Shown piece after piece: positions 9,565 to 18,414 of a stretch of 64,000 nucleotides of DNA; the first letter of the stretch is position 1; each line of letters opens with the position of its first letter. The stretch is from an uncultured cyanobacterium. Lineage in GTDB: Bacteria; Cyanobacteriota; Cyanobacteriia; PCC-9006; JAAUQQ01. The position numbers and the translations under genes are program-made. The notes below the pieces were generated by a model. The model worked only from the letters and a program-made list of their open reading frames with translations. It did no database searches and was not told where the DNA came from. Location: NCBI GenBank assembly GCA_963718615.1, contig OY970368.1, forward strand, positions 96,001-160,000, given 5' to 3'.

Positions 9565-10907
9565 GGTTGGGTTGGAATCAACGATAAACTATGTTGTACC
9601 ACCGACTGTAACTGACTCAGACTCTCCCAGTCTGGCGTAAGTGCCGGTAAAGCTTGGACCATAGCGCGAAGCTGAAAAAGTTGCTGCTGCAAGCATTCTG
9701 CGGTGGCGATCGCCTCCCGTTCCAACGCTTCCAATCGCTGCTGCTCATGGGCAATCAATTGGCTCCCCCGCAAAATCTCAAGCTGCACCTTCTCTCCACG
9801 GGCCTGCCCACTGGCAGGAGCTGCGCTCATCGGCTCAAAACTGAGCTTCAGCATTACAGGCTGGCCCTGGAACGATCGCATCAAAATCCGGCGGGTTCCT
9901 GGCTGCACCGGCTCTAGGGCTAGTCCGGCCAACTGCTTCAACTCCGCGACCAAACCTTGAAACGCTTCCGGTTCCACTGGATCTAGGGCAATTTGAGCAA
10001 CGCCTTTAGGGTCCCAGGCAATGCGTCCACAGCCCCCATTGGATCCCAGCAGGAGCCGTCGGCTACCGCTGGAGAGGGCTCGACCTAGGAGTTCTGCTAG
10101 AAATTGGGGTGGGGGCAGGGTGGCGATCGCCTCCATCGGCTCCAGCAGATGCTGAACCGCCACCGGCAGCTCCGGCAGATCAAGCACACCAGGGCTGGGA
10201 GCACGTTCCGTTGCAGCCTTTAGATTGCCGCCAAAGGGTTCCAGGGGAAACTGCGTTGCATCCAGCAAAAGCGTTGCCCGCTGGTCCACAATCCCCAGAG
10301 CCTCTACCTGAGCAAACCGATGGTCCCGCAAGGCCGCAATCTGCTGTTCTGCTTGATCGGGTTCTTGATCTGGCTTTTCTGCCGTTAGGGTCGTCTGGGC
10401 CGCCGCACCCACTGCGGGCTTGAGTTCAGCTTCAGGAAAATCCTGTTCAATGGCTTCGAAGCAAATCTCAGCATTCCCCTCAGCGTTCGGCTCAAGGGCG
10501 GGTTGGCTTACACGATTGAGATAGGCCGACAGCAGCGTTTGGTGAACCGCGCCCGCTAAGGCTTGAACATTGACCGGGTAATGGTGGTAAGAGGCCATGC
10601 GAGTGGCGTACTCCAGCGCAATCTCATCGGCGGAATCAACCATCCCTAAAATCAACGTACCACTTTCCACATAGAGCGGCAAAACCCGGTGGTAGAGACA
10701 AACTTCCAGGGGCAAAATCCGGTCGATCAGCAAAAAGACCTCTTCCGGCTCAATTCCTAAGGGAATCATGATGCCCTCAGCGGTATAAACCGCTTCACCC
10801 TCTGAGTCCGTCCTAGAGAGCGAGGCAGACTGCATCGGCACTGAGGATACTGAGGATACAGCGGGGGATAAAGGGGAAGGAATGCGATCGCGAGACTCAA
10901 GTACCAT
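9561..10907 (-). CDS. PilB/GspE N-terminal-domain protein lacking the ATPase domain
   Basis: T2SSE_N-like ILPLEVCLYHRVLPL...LILGMVD and an N2D-like segment ending GEKVQLEIL. No Walker A/B; coiled-coil C-terminus. Confidence 0.65.
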   Translation of the reverse strand: MVLESRDRIPSPLSPAVSSVSSVPMQSASLSRTDSEGEAVYTAEGIMIPLGIEPEEVFLLIDRILPLEVCLYHRVLPLYVESGTLILGMVDSADEIALEYATRMASYHHYPVNVQALAGAVHQTLLSAYLNRVSQPALEPNAEGNAEICFEAIEQDFPEAELKPAVGAAAQTTLTAEKPDQEPDQAEQQIAALRDHRFAQVEALGIVDQRATLLLDATQFPLEPFGGNLKAATERAPSPGVLDLPELPVAVQHLLEPMEAIATLPPPQFLAELLGRALSSGSRRLLLGSNGGCGRIAWDPKGVAQIALDPVEPEAFQGLVAELKQLAGLALEPVQPGTRRILMRSFQGQPVMLKLSFEPMSAAPASGQARGEKVQLEILRGSQLIAHEQQRLEALEREAIATAECLQQQLFQLRAMVQALPALTPDWESLSQLQSVVQHSLSLIPTQP

Positions 10908-11364
10908 AATGCTTTCTACCTTTCACAGATGCAGCTCACCGATGAAGTTCACAGATAAAGGCCACAGGTGCAGCAGAGGTCCTCGGCTCAACCCCGCTGG
11001 CCTGTCGATCAAAAATGCTTAGAACCTTTAATCCCAAGGCTTCTCTAGCTGAGACAGTACCGGGGGTTACTCGGTTTCACAAGTAAGGGAACTTACCTGT
11101 AGTATACCGATTTGCACGGAGGCAGTCCGGATCTACATACAACCCTTATAGTCGTTACGGATTTTCTATTGGGACTAAAAAATTTTCTGTGAAGCGGCAG
11201 GTCAATCCCCATCAGGGATTGGCGAAAGGGCAAGGGGAGGGCGAGGCCACAGAGAGAGGGGAAAGGCGATCGCCTCCATTTCAGTTTGTTAGACTGGGAA
11301 TCAATGTGTATGCTTCACGAATCTTTTTAATTCACTCCCCACAGACCGCTTCACGAGGCTATTT

Positions 11365-12834
11365 ATGGTAGTTGCTGCTCCTATTTTTCACCACACCGAA
11401 ACGAAATCCACAACGCCGTCGAAAGCGCGGCTAGATGGGGCCTGGGAAGGAACCCTTTCAACGCTGTTAGGGTTAGGGCGCGCGGCGGGCGCGGATTTTG
11501 TCGAATTTTTTCTGGAGCGGGTCAACTATATTAGCTGTCTAGCGGAAGACGACGCCATCACCAGCATTTCGCCCAGCATTTCGACGGGGGCCGGGGTACG
11601 GGTGTTTCTGGGCAAAGCCGACTGCTATGTCAGCACCAATGATTTGTCGTTCAATGGCCTAAAACTGGCGCTGGAAAAAGCCCTCTCGATTATGGGGCTG
11701 CAATTACCAGGATCCAATGCCTTCGTGCCTGAGGTTTATCTCGAACCCCTACGGGACTACGCGGTCCTGCGGGGCAAGGAAGACTGGCTGAGCACCTGTA
11801 GCTCCATGCAGGAAATGGGTGATGTGCTCCTAGGGGCCAATGGCAAACTCAACCAAAAAGCCAACCATGTGCAATCCCGCCGAGCGGCCTATTTCCGCGA
11901 TTGGCAGGAAGTCCTTGTGGCCGCCAGCGATGGCGTGTTTGCGCGGGATATTCGACTCACCCAGTCCGTGGGCTATAACCTGCTCTGCGCCGACGGTGAA
12001 CACCGCTCCTCCATTGGGCAGCGCATCGGCAGTACAGGGGAACCGGGCTTTTTGCGCAACTGGAACTATGAGCACACCGCCGAAGAGGTGGCAGAGTCGG
12101 CGGGCAAGATGCTCTACGCGGATTTTGTCGAGTCGGGCAACTACCCCATCGTCATGGCCAACGAGTTTGGCGGCGTGATTTTCCACGAAGCCTGTGGTCA
12201 CCTGTTGGAAACGACCCAGATTGAGCGCAAGACGACGCCGTTTATGGACAAAAAGGGTGAAAAAATTGCCCACGAAAACCTAACCGCCTGGGACGAAGGC
12301 ATTTCCCCGAGTGCCTTTGGCACAATCGATATGGACGACGAAGGCATGCCCGCCCAGCGGACGCTGCTGATTGAGAATGGGATTTTGAAGAATTTCATTA
12401 GCGATCGCGCCGGATCCATGCGCACAGGCCATCCCCGCACGGGTAGCGGTCGTCGCCAAGGCTACACCTACGCCGCCGCTTCGCGCATGCGCAACACCTA
12501 CATCGCACCGGGCGAATATTCCCTAGACGACCTGTTTGGCTCCATCGAGAAGGGCATTTACTGCAAGAAAATGGGCGGCGGCAGCGTCGGTCCCACGGGC
12601 GAATTTAACTTTGCTGTAGATGAAGCCTACCTGATCGAAAACGGCAAAGTCACCAAGCCCCTCAAGGGCGCAACGCTGATTGGCGAAGCCACTGAAATCA
12701 TGCAACGCATTTCCATGTGTTCCCAGGACTTGGGCCTCGCAGCCGGGTTCTGCGGGTCGGTGAGCGGCAGCATTTATGTCACCGTCGGTCAGCCCCACCT
12801 CAAGGTCGATTCGATTACCGTCGGCGGTCGCTAG
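11365..12834 (+). CDS. tldD: TldD metalloprotease subunit
   Basis: [10 protein letters not shown] (HExxGH), DDEGMP, RMRNTY, C-terminal CGS...VGQP. Confidence 0.92.
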   Translation: MVVAAPIFHHTETKSTTPSKARLDGAWEGTLSTLLGLGRAAGADFVEFFLERVNYISCLAEDDAITSISPSISTGAGVRVFLGKADCYVSTNDLSFNGLKLALEKALSIMGLQLPGSNAFVPEVYLEPLRDYAVLRGKEDWLSTCSSMQEMGDVLLGANGKLNQKANHVQSRRAAYFRDWQEVLVAASDGVFARDIRLTQSVGYNLLCADGEHRSSIGQRIGSTGEPGFLRNWNYEHTAEEVAESAGKMLYADFVESGNYPIVMANEFGGVIFHEACGHLLETTQIERKTTPFMDKKGEKIAHENLTAWDEGISPSAFGTIDMDDEGMPAQRTLLIENGILKNFISDRAGSMRTGHPRTGSGRRQGYTYAAASRMRNTYIAPGEYSLDDLFGSIEKGIYCKKMGGGSVGPTGEFNFAVDEAYLIENGKVTKPLKGATLIGEATEIMQRISMCSQDLGLAAGFCGSVSGSIYVTVGQPHLKVDSITVGGR

Positions 12835-12929
12835 AGGCCAGGATTCACCCTACTCGCCCGATCTCTGACCTACCGCTTGCCGTTCAAAACCCGCCCCCAC
12901 CGTTATTTTTCGAGAGTTTCGGAACCTTT

Positions 12930-14264
12930 ATGTTGAATATCGATACCATCGCCGGTCAAGCCCAGGACATCGCCAAACGCTTAGGCATCGCCAAATACGA
13001 TGTTTCCGGCTCTTCCGTCGATGAAACCAATGTCCAGGTCGATCACGGCGACCCCAAACAGGTGAAAGCGTCCCAGCGATCCAGCGTCACCGTGCGCGTT
13101 TGGAACGACCAGGGTACCGTTGGCATTACTTCCACCTCAGACGTGGATGCAGCGGGTCTGGAACTAGCCCTAAAAACCGCCCATGAGGCCAGTGCCTTTG
13201 GAGCCAAGGAGCATATTCCCGATTTTAGCCCTGAGGCTACGGCTCCTTTGGCCGACATCCATCACGAAAAACACGCCCAGGCATCGGTCTCCAGGTTGAT
13301 CGAGCGCTTGGCCGCTGCGGAAAAAGAGCTCTTGGCCGCCCATGAGGCGATCGAGAGCGTTCCTTACAATGGCCTCTCCCAGCGAGATATCGAACGGTTC
13401 TACCTCAACAGCCAAGGAGCGGTTCGGGCAGAAGGCGGTTCCTACGCCTCCACCTATCTCTATACCAAAACTGCCCAAGAAGGTCGACGTCCCCGCAGCG
13501 CCGGGGCCTTCCGCGTCGCCTATGGCCTCGACCAACTGGATATCCCCGGCTGTATCCAAGAAACCGCTGAAAAAACCATCAGCCACCTCAACTACGAAAA
13601 GGTCAAAAGCGGCAAATACCTGGTTGTCTTTTCCCCTGAAGCCTTTCTCTCGCTTCTCGGTGCGTTTTCTAATCTGTTTAATGCCCAGAGCATTCTCGAT
13701 AATCGCAGTTTATCTAAGGCCGATTCCTTGGGACAGGCGATCGCCACCCCCCGGCTTTCGGTTTACGACGATGCCCTCCATCCAGCCAATATTGGTTCCA
13801 CAGCCTTTGATGACGAAGGCACCCCGACTCGCCGCGTGGCGCTGATCGAAAATGGCGTTCTCAGCAACTTCCTGCACAGCGCAGGCACCGCCAAGCGCAT
13901 GAATGCCCAACCCACGGGCCACGCCAATATGGGCGCGAAGGTGACCGTTAGCCCGCACTTTTACCACATCGCCGGTCACGAAGGCGGCAGCCTCAGCCTC
14001 GAAACCGCTGAAAACGTAATTTACGTTGATGAACTCTCCGCCCTCCATGCTGGCGTTCAGTCCCTACAAGGCTCTTTCTCCTTACCCTTTGATGGTTGGG
14101 TGGTGAATCAGGGGGAAAAAGTGAGCGTAGAATCGGCGACTGTCGCGGGGGATTTCCGGGAGGTGCTGAAGGCGATCGCCCAAGTCGATCGGGAGGAAAA
14201 GCTGACTCCGGGTGGGGTTGCCCCTCATATTTGGGTCGATGGACTATCGGTAACGGGAGAATAA
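12930..14264 (+). CDS. pmbA: TldE/PmbA non-catalytic subunit
   Basis: TldD/PmbA features (FDDEGTPT, LIENGVL, TGHA, GSFSL) without HExxH. ATG 12930 preferred. Confidence 0.88.
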   Translation: MLNIDTIAGQAQDIAKRLGIAKYDVSGSSVDETNVQVDHGDPKQVKASQRSSVTVRVWNDQGTVGITSTSDVDAAGLELALKTAHEASAFGAKEHIPDFSPEATAPLADIHHEKHAQASVSRLIERLAAAEKELLAAHEAIESVPYNGLSQRDIERFYLNSQGAVRAEGGSYASTYLYTKTAQEGRRPRSAGAFRVAYGLDQLDIPGCIQETAEKTISHLNYEKVKSGKYLVVFSPEAFLSLLGAFSNLFNAQSILDNRSLSKADSLGQAIATPRLSVYDDALHPANIGSTAFDDEGTPTRRVALIENGVLSNFLHSAGTAKRMNAQPTGHANMGAKVTVSPHFYHIAGHEGGSLSLETAENVIYVDELSALHAGVQSLQGSFSLPFDGWVVNQGEKVSVESATVAGDFREVLKAIAQVDREEKLTPGGVAPHIWVDGLSVTGE

Positions 14265-14296
14265 AGCGAGAGAATCAAGCAGGAGAATCAAAAACA

Positions 14297-14518
14297 ATGG
14301 GCCGGGAAAGCGACGGAGAATCCAGCTCGGAAGCATGGGTGAGTGAGGAGAGCGATCGCCAGCTCTTTCGCCAAGTCGTCCGGGATATCAGTCGGAACAA
14401 TATCTTCTGTCATTGCCGCCAATGCCAGGAAGAATGGGTGACCTCCCAACCCGAACCTTGTCGCTGTGGGTCGCGATCGGTTGAATGGATTTTCTGCTGG
14501 CAGTTTCCAGATGGCTAA
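14297..14518 (+). CDS. Small Cys-rich (zinc-ribbon-like) protein, 73 aa
   Basis: AGGAG RBS at 14281-14285, ATG 14297. Motifs CHCRQC, CRCGS, CWQFPDG. Confidence 0.7.
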   Translation: MGRESDGESSSEAWVSEESDRQLFRQVVRDISRNNIFCHCRQCQEEWVTSQPEPCRCGSRSVEWIFCWQFPDG

Positions 14519-14559
14519 TGCTCACATTTAGCCCATAGTTTTTCTCAGATGGCACCGAC

Positions 14560-15006
14560 ATGGCACCTATTTTCCACCTTGCCTTTCCCACCACTGATAT
14601 TGAACAGACCAAGGCTTACTACGTCCAAGGATTGGGCTGTGAACTCGGGCGAGAAAATCGCAGCTCAGTGATCTTGAACCTCCAGGGCCATCAACTGGTG
14701 GCCCACCTCACGCGGGAGGCTTTGCCCTCGCAAACAGGTGTTTATCCCCGCCACTTTGGCTTAGTCTTTGACACTGAAGCCGAATGGGAAGCCCTTTTGC
14801 AACGGGCGCGTCAGCAGGGCTTATTCTTCTACGAGGAACCCAAACGTCGATTCGTTGGATCCGTGCTCGAACACGTCACCTTTTTCCTAGAGGATCCCTG
14901 CCACAACTTGATGGAATTTAAGTACTATTGCCATCCCGAAGCCATTTTTGGAGCTCAGGGACTCCAATCCATCGGCGATACCCATGCAGAAACCGTCTCT
15001 TCTTGA
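14560..15006 (+). CDS. VOC family (glyoxalase/extradiol dioxygenase-like) protein
   Basis: FHLAFP, GHQLVAH, PRHFGLV, FLEDPCHNLMEFK metal-binding pattern. Confidence 0.88.
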   Translation: MAPIFHLAFPTTDIEQTKAYYVQGLGCELGRENRSSVILNLQGHQLVAHLTREALPSQTGVYPRHFGLVFDTEAEWEALLQRARQQGLFFYEEPKRRFVGSVLEHVTFFLEDPCHNLMEFKYYCHPEAIFGAQGLQSIGDTHAETVSS

Positions 15007-15157
15007 TGAACTTTTATGAACAGGCCGGGACGAGCCTTGATGGAGGGGTGGGCGTAATTTGATAATGGCAGAGCGATTATGGTAAAGCGTCTTCGCACAT
15101 CAAAATCTAAACTTCAGAAACTCACCTTTAAGACCACACAATAGGAGCACTGCGCCC

Positions 15158-15577
15158 ATGGGCATCATCAAAAAAATTCTTGGAGCTCTTCTCGGCATCG
15201 TTGCGGCCATTGGCGGCTTGGTTGGCCTTGGCAAAAAAGGCGGCGGTGACTACTACCTAGATTTGAGCGGCGAGGACGCAAAAGCCGCGAAGCCTGCTCA
15301 AGTTGCTTCGGCAGCCCCCGCTCCTGCCGCTAAGACTGCTCCGGTTGCTCCGGCTGCCGCTCCTGCCTCAGCATCTGCTGAAGCAGCACCGACGACGGCG
15401 GAAGCCACGGCTGAAAATCCTGAACCTGCTGGTGCCGAGGTGGCGGCTGAGCCTGCGCCTGAACCGACCTTTGCAGAACTCATGCAAACGCCCATGGTAA
15501 CCCTGCGAACCCGTCGTCCGGGTCCAAGTTTGGCTGGGTTTCAGGATATGGCTAAGGGAATGAGAATCCGAGCCTAG
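15158..15577 (+). CDS. Hypothetical Ala/Pro-rich protein
   Basis: AGGAG RBS, N-terminal hydrophobic helix, low-complexity middle, C-terminal RRPGPSL..F.DMA motif, terminator downstream. Confidence 0.75.
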   Translation: MGIIKKILGALLGIVAAIGGLVGLGKKGGGDYYLDLSGEDAKAAKPAQVASAAPAPAAKTAPVAPAAAPASASAEAAPTTAEATAENPEPAGAEVAAEPAPEPTFAELMQTPMVTLRTRRPGPSLAGFQDMAKGMRIRA

Positions 15578-15597
15578 TAAATAACGCACAAAACCTG

Positions 15598-15637
15598 AGG
15601 CCGAGACCAACGCTTGCGCGAGTCTCGGCCTTTTTTT
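15598..15637 (+). terminator. Intrinsic terminator
   Basis: Stem AGGCCGAGAC/GTCTCGGCCT followed by a T-run. Confidence 0.8.
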
Positions 15638-15652
15638 CGGCATTTTCGCTGC

Positions 15653-16318
15653 TCAGTCTGCAACCGCTTGAGCACGGGCCGCTGCGGCCACCTGTTCCAT
15701 TGGATCCTGCGCCAAGATCTCCAAAGCTGCTCGTGCCTCAGGGGTTTTAAAGTAACTCAGCGATTGAGCGACTCGACAACGTACCTGCCAGTCCTCATCG
15801 CTAACCAGGGGCAACAGCAGGGGGATCGCCCGCTCATCGCCCAGCTCCCCAAAGGCTGTAATGGCGGCAGTACGCACGAGTTCCGTCGATGAGGTGAGGG
15901 CCGTTTGCAAGAGCTCAAACCCAGCAGGATGGCCCAGAACACCTAGAACCGCAATAATACTGAGCTGCAAGAGCCAATCATCGTTGCTGTGATACATCGC
16001 TTCCAGGTCTTCAAACGCTTCTTGGAAACGCAGGGCTCCCAAGGCATCGGCGGCGGCAGCTTTGACATCAATTTCTGAATCGTTGTGAAGGCGATCGCGC
16101 AAAATCTCCAGGGCCAATGACCGATCCTGTTCTCCCAGGGTTGCCAACTGACTCACCGCTGCATAGCGAATCCGCGTGTGGGGATCTGAGATGGCGGGTT
16201 GGATGAGCTGAAACGCCACCGCAGGGTCTAGTTGACGCAATTGATTAAGGGCCGTGAGGCGATCGCGATATTCCTCCGAAGCCAGCAAAGCTTGTACGCT
16301 CTCGGGTGTAATACTCAT
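15653..16318 (-). CDS. nblB: Phycobilisome degradation HEAT-repeat protein NblB
   Basis: MSITPESVQALLASE N-terminus, PBS-lyase HEAT repeats, located downstream of a CBS gene. Confidence 0.8.
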   Translation of the reverse strand: MSITPESVQALLASEEYRDRLTALNQLRQLDPAVAFQLIQPAISDPHTRIRYAAVSQLATLGEQDRSLALEILRDRLHNDSEIDVKAAAADALGALRFQEAFEDLEAMYHSNDDWLLQLSIIAVLGVLGHPAGFELLQTALTSSTELVRTAAITAFGELGDERAIPLLLPLVSDEDWQVRCRVAQSLSYFKTPEARAALEILAQDPMEQVAAAARAQAVAD

Positions 16319-16785
16319 GAATCCTGAAGTTCCTCCGCCATAGCCCGCACAATATCGCCTCGGGTTAATACCCCAATCAGGATTTGCTCATCATCGACAA
16401 CCAACAATCGATGGATTTTGTGCTCATTCATTTGCCGAGCCGCTTCCGCCAAGGAAAGGGACTGCTTGATGGTGAGCGGTTTTCCTGTCATCACTTCCCC
16501 TACGGTTTGCCCCAGCGCTTTATGGAGATCCCGCTCGTAGGTGGCTGGATTTTGTAGATAAATCACGCTGTCCAGCAGCAAAATGTGGGGCGGCGGCGTC
16601 ACCCCTGTGGCTTGCCACATCAAATCAGTTTCTGAAATCACCCCCACGGCCTTGTCTTGATCATCAATCACAGGCAAACCGCTGATCCGATGTTGAGCCA
16701 TCAGCTGAACCGCTTGCTTAAGCGGAGAGTCAGCTTTCAAGCAAATGGGCTCCCGCGTCATGTAGTCCGCCACAACTTTGACCAT
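16315..16785 (-). CDS. CBS domain pair protein
   Basis: VADYMT, ISGLPVID, GVISETDL, IHRLLVVD, GVLTRGDI. 4-nt overlap with nblB. Confidence 0.9.
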   Translation of the reverse strand: MVKVVADYMTREPICLKADSPLKQAVQLMAQHRISGLPVIDDQDKAVGVISETDLMWQATGVTPPPHILLLDSVIYLQNPATYERDLHKALGQTVGEVMTGKPLTIKQSLSLAEAARQMNEHKIHRLLVVDDEQILIGVLTRGDIVRAMAEELQDS

Positions 16786-17155
16786 AGCTCACCCACAAAA
16801 TGATTCTTTCCTTACTGCTTTTCATTCTAAGGGGAAGCTCAAGGGTTACCGCGCGGATTTCCGAGCACCTCTCCCGATCGCCATCAGCCAAGTGAACTGA
16901 GTCTCCGTAGTTTTTGGTGATCCGGATTTTTTCTGAGTAACAACTAATGCTGCAACTTTACAGAACCCAGAGCTGTCGTAAAGATTCAGAAAACCCCGAT
17001 TCAATCCATTGGTGAAGCTTCGATGCCGCTCGTACTATAGGGCATAAGCAGACAGGGATTGAGGCCATTTTCTACAGGTCATTTCAATATCTGTTCTTCG
17101 GCTGGGGTGCCTGAGAAAAGCTTTAGAAGTCTTTGTAAAAAAGGTAGCGTTCGCT

Positions 17156-17851
17156 GTGTCAATGATTTGGAGTTCTCGACCCAAAACTCACTCCCAGTCT
17201 GAGGCTCAGATTGTTTTGAGGACACCGTTCCGCTCGGCAACGGTTCATGCCTCAGCCGAGAGTGTTGCCAAACGATTCTTAGACATTGTCGGCGCTTGTG
17301 CCGGTTTGTTGCTGACGATTTTGCTGTTTCCGGCGATCGCTCTAGCCATCCAAATCGAATCGCCAGGTCCAGTGCTCTATAGCCAAATTCGCTGTGGGCT
17401 GAATGGTCATCCCTTCCGCATTTGGAAATTTCGCTCGATGATTCCCGAGGCCGATCGCTTACAGCATATGGTGAGCAACCAAGCCAAGGGCAATATCTTT
17501 AAAAATGAACATGATCCACGGGTCACCCGCGTTGGGCGTTTTCTGCGGAAAAGCAGTTTGGATGAACTGCCCCAGTTTTGGAATGTCCTCCAGGGCGATA
17601 TGAGCCTCGTCGGGACCCGACCTCCGACCGTGAGCGAAGTTTTGAAGTACGATCGCCACCACTGGGAGCGTCTACGGGTCAAGCCCGGTATCACGGGCGA
17701 ATGGCAGGTCAATGGTCGCTCTTCGGTTTCAGACTTTGAGACGATTGTGGCCTTTGATCGGGCCTATCAGCACAAGTGGTCGTTGCGATATGACATGCTG
17801 TTAATTATCAAGACGTTCGCAGTAGTTCTTAGTCGCCGTGGCGCTTACTGA
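17156..17851 (+). CDS. Priming sugar-phosphate transferase (WcaJ/WbaP C-terminal, HepC-like)
   Basis: KRFLDI, KFRSM, DPRVTRVGRFLRKSSLDELPQFWNVL, VKPGITGEWQV. Confidence 0.92.
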   Translation: MSMIWSSRPKTHSQSEAQIVLRTPFRSATVHASAESVAKRFLDIVGACAGLLLTILLFPAIALAIQIESPGPVLYSQIRCGLNGHPFRIWKFRSMIPEADRLQHMVSNQAKGNIFKNEHDPRVTRVGRFLRKSSLDELPQFWNVLQGDMSLVGTRPPTVSEVLKYDRHHWERLRVKPGITGEWQVNGRSSVSDFETIVAFDRAYQHKWSLRYDMLLIIKTFAVVLSRRGAY

Positions 17852-18404
17852 TTCTAGTACTGAAACCCGTACTCAAACTATTACGATTCCCACCTGGGTG
17901 ACCCTGTCTCGCCTGGTGGGTATTCCGTTTATTATCTATGGCCTCCAGCCAGGGATTGAATTCTCCCGCTGGTGGTCTGTTGGTATTTTTATCGCGATCG
18001 CAGCCACAGACTGGCTCGATGGTTATTTGGCTCGACGCCTCAATCAGGTGACTGATTTGGGTAAATTTTTAGACCCTCTGGTCGATAAGCTGATGATTAT
18101 GGGTCCGCTCCTGAGTTTATTGGTCCTAGGGCAGGTGAACGTTTGGGGCGTCTTTTTGATTTTGAGCCGAGAGATTGCGATCGCCGGTTGGCGGGTCAGT
18201 CAACCCAAAATTTCCGGAGCCAATGTCTGGGGCAAGCTGAAGACCGTCAGTCAGATTGGGGCGATCGCGGTTCTGATCGCCCCTTTGCCACCGGCTTGGC
18301 AAGGAATGGGTCCAGTGCTGTTTTGGGTCGCCGTTGCCCTAACGCTGATTTCAGGGGCCATTTATCTCAAGCCTGACCCCGTCGCCCAAACACCAACATC
18401 TTGA
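17838..18404 (+). CDS. pgsA: CDP-diacylglycerol--glycerol-3-phosphate 3-phosphatidyltransferase
   Basis: TDWLDGYLARR...GKFLDPLVDK CDP-alcohol phosphotransferase motif, GKLKT. Confidence 0.9.
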   Translation: MALTDSSTETRTQTITIPTWVTLSRLVGIPFIIYGLQPGIEFSRWWSVGIFIAIAATDWLDGYLARRLNQVTDLGKFLDPLVDKLMIMGPLLSLLVLGQVNVWGVFLILSREIAIAGWRVSQPKISGANVWGKLKTVSQIGAIAVLIAPLPPAWQGMGPVLFWVAVALTLISGAIYLKPDPVAQTPTS

Positions 18405-18414
18405 ATGGGGTTTC

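Noticed and set aside
12717-12929. N-terminal extension of pmbA overlapping tldD
   Set aside because: Non-homologous-looking sequence; ATG 12930 gives a normal PmbA length.
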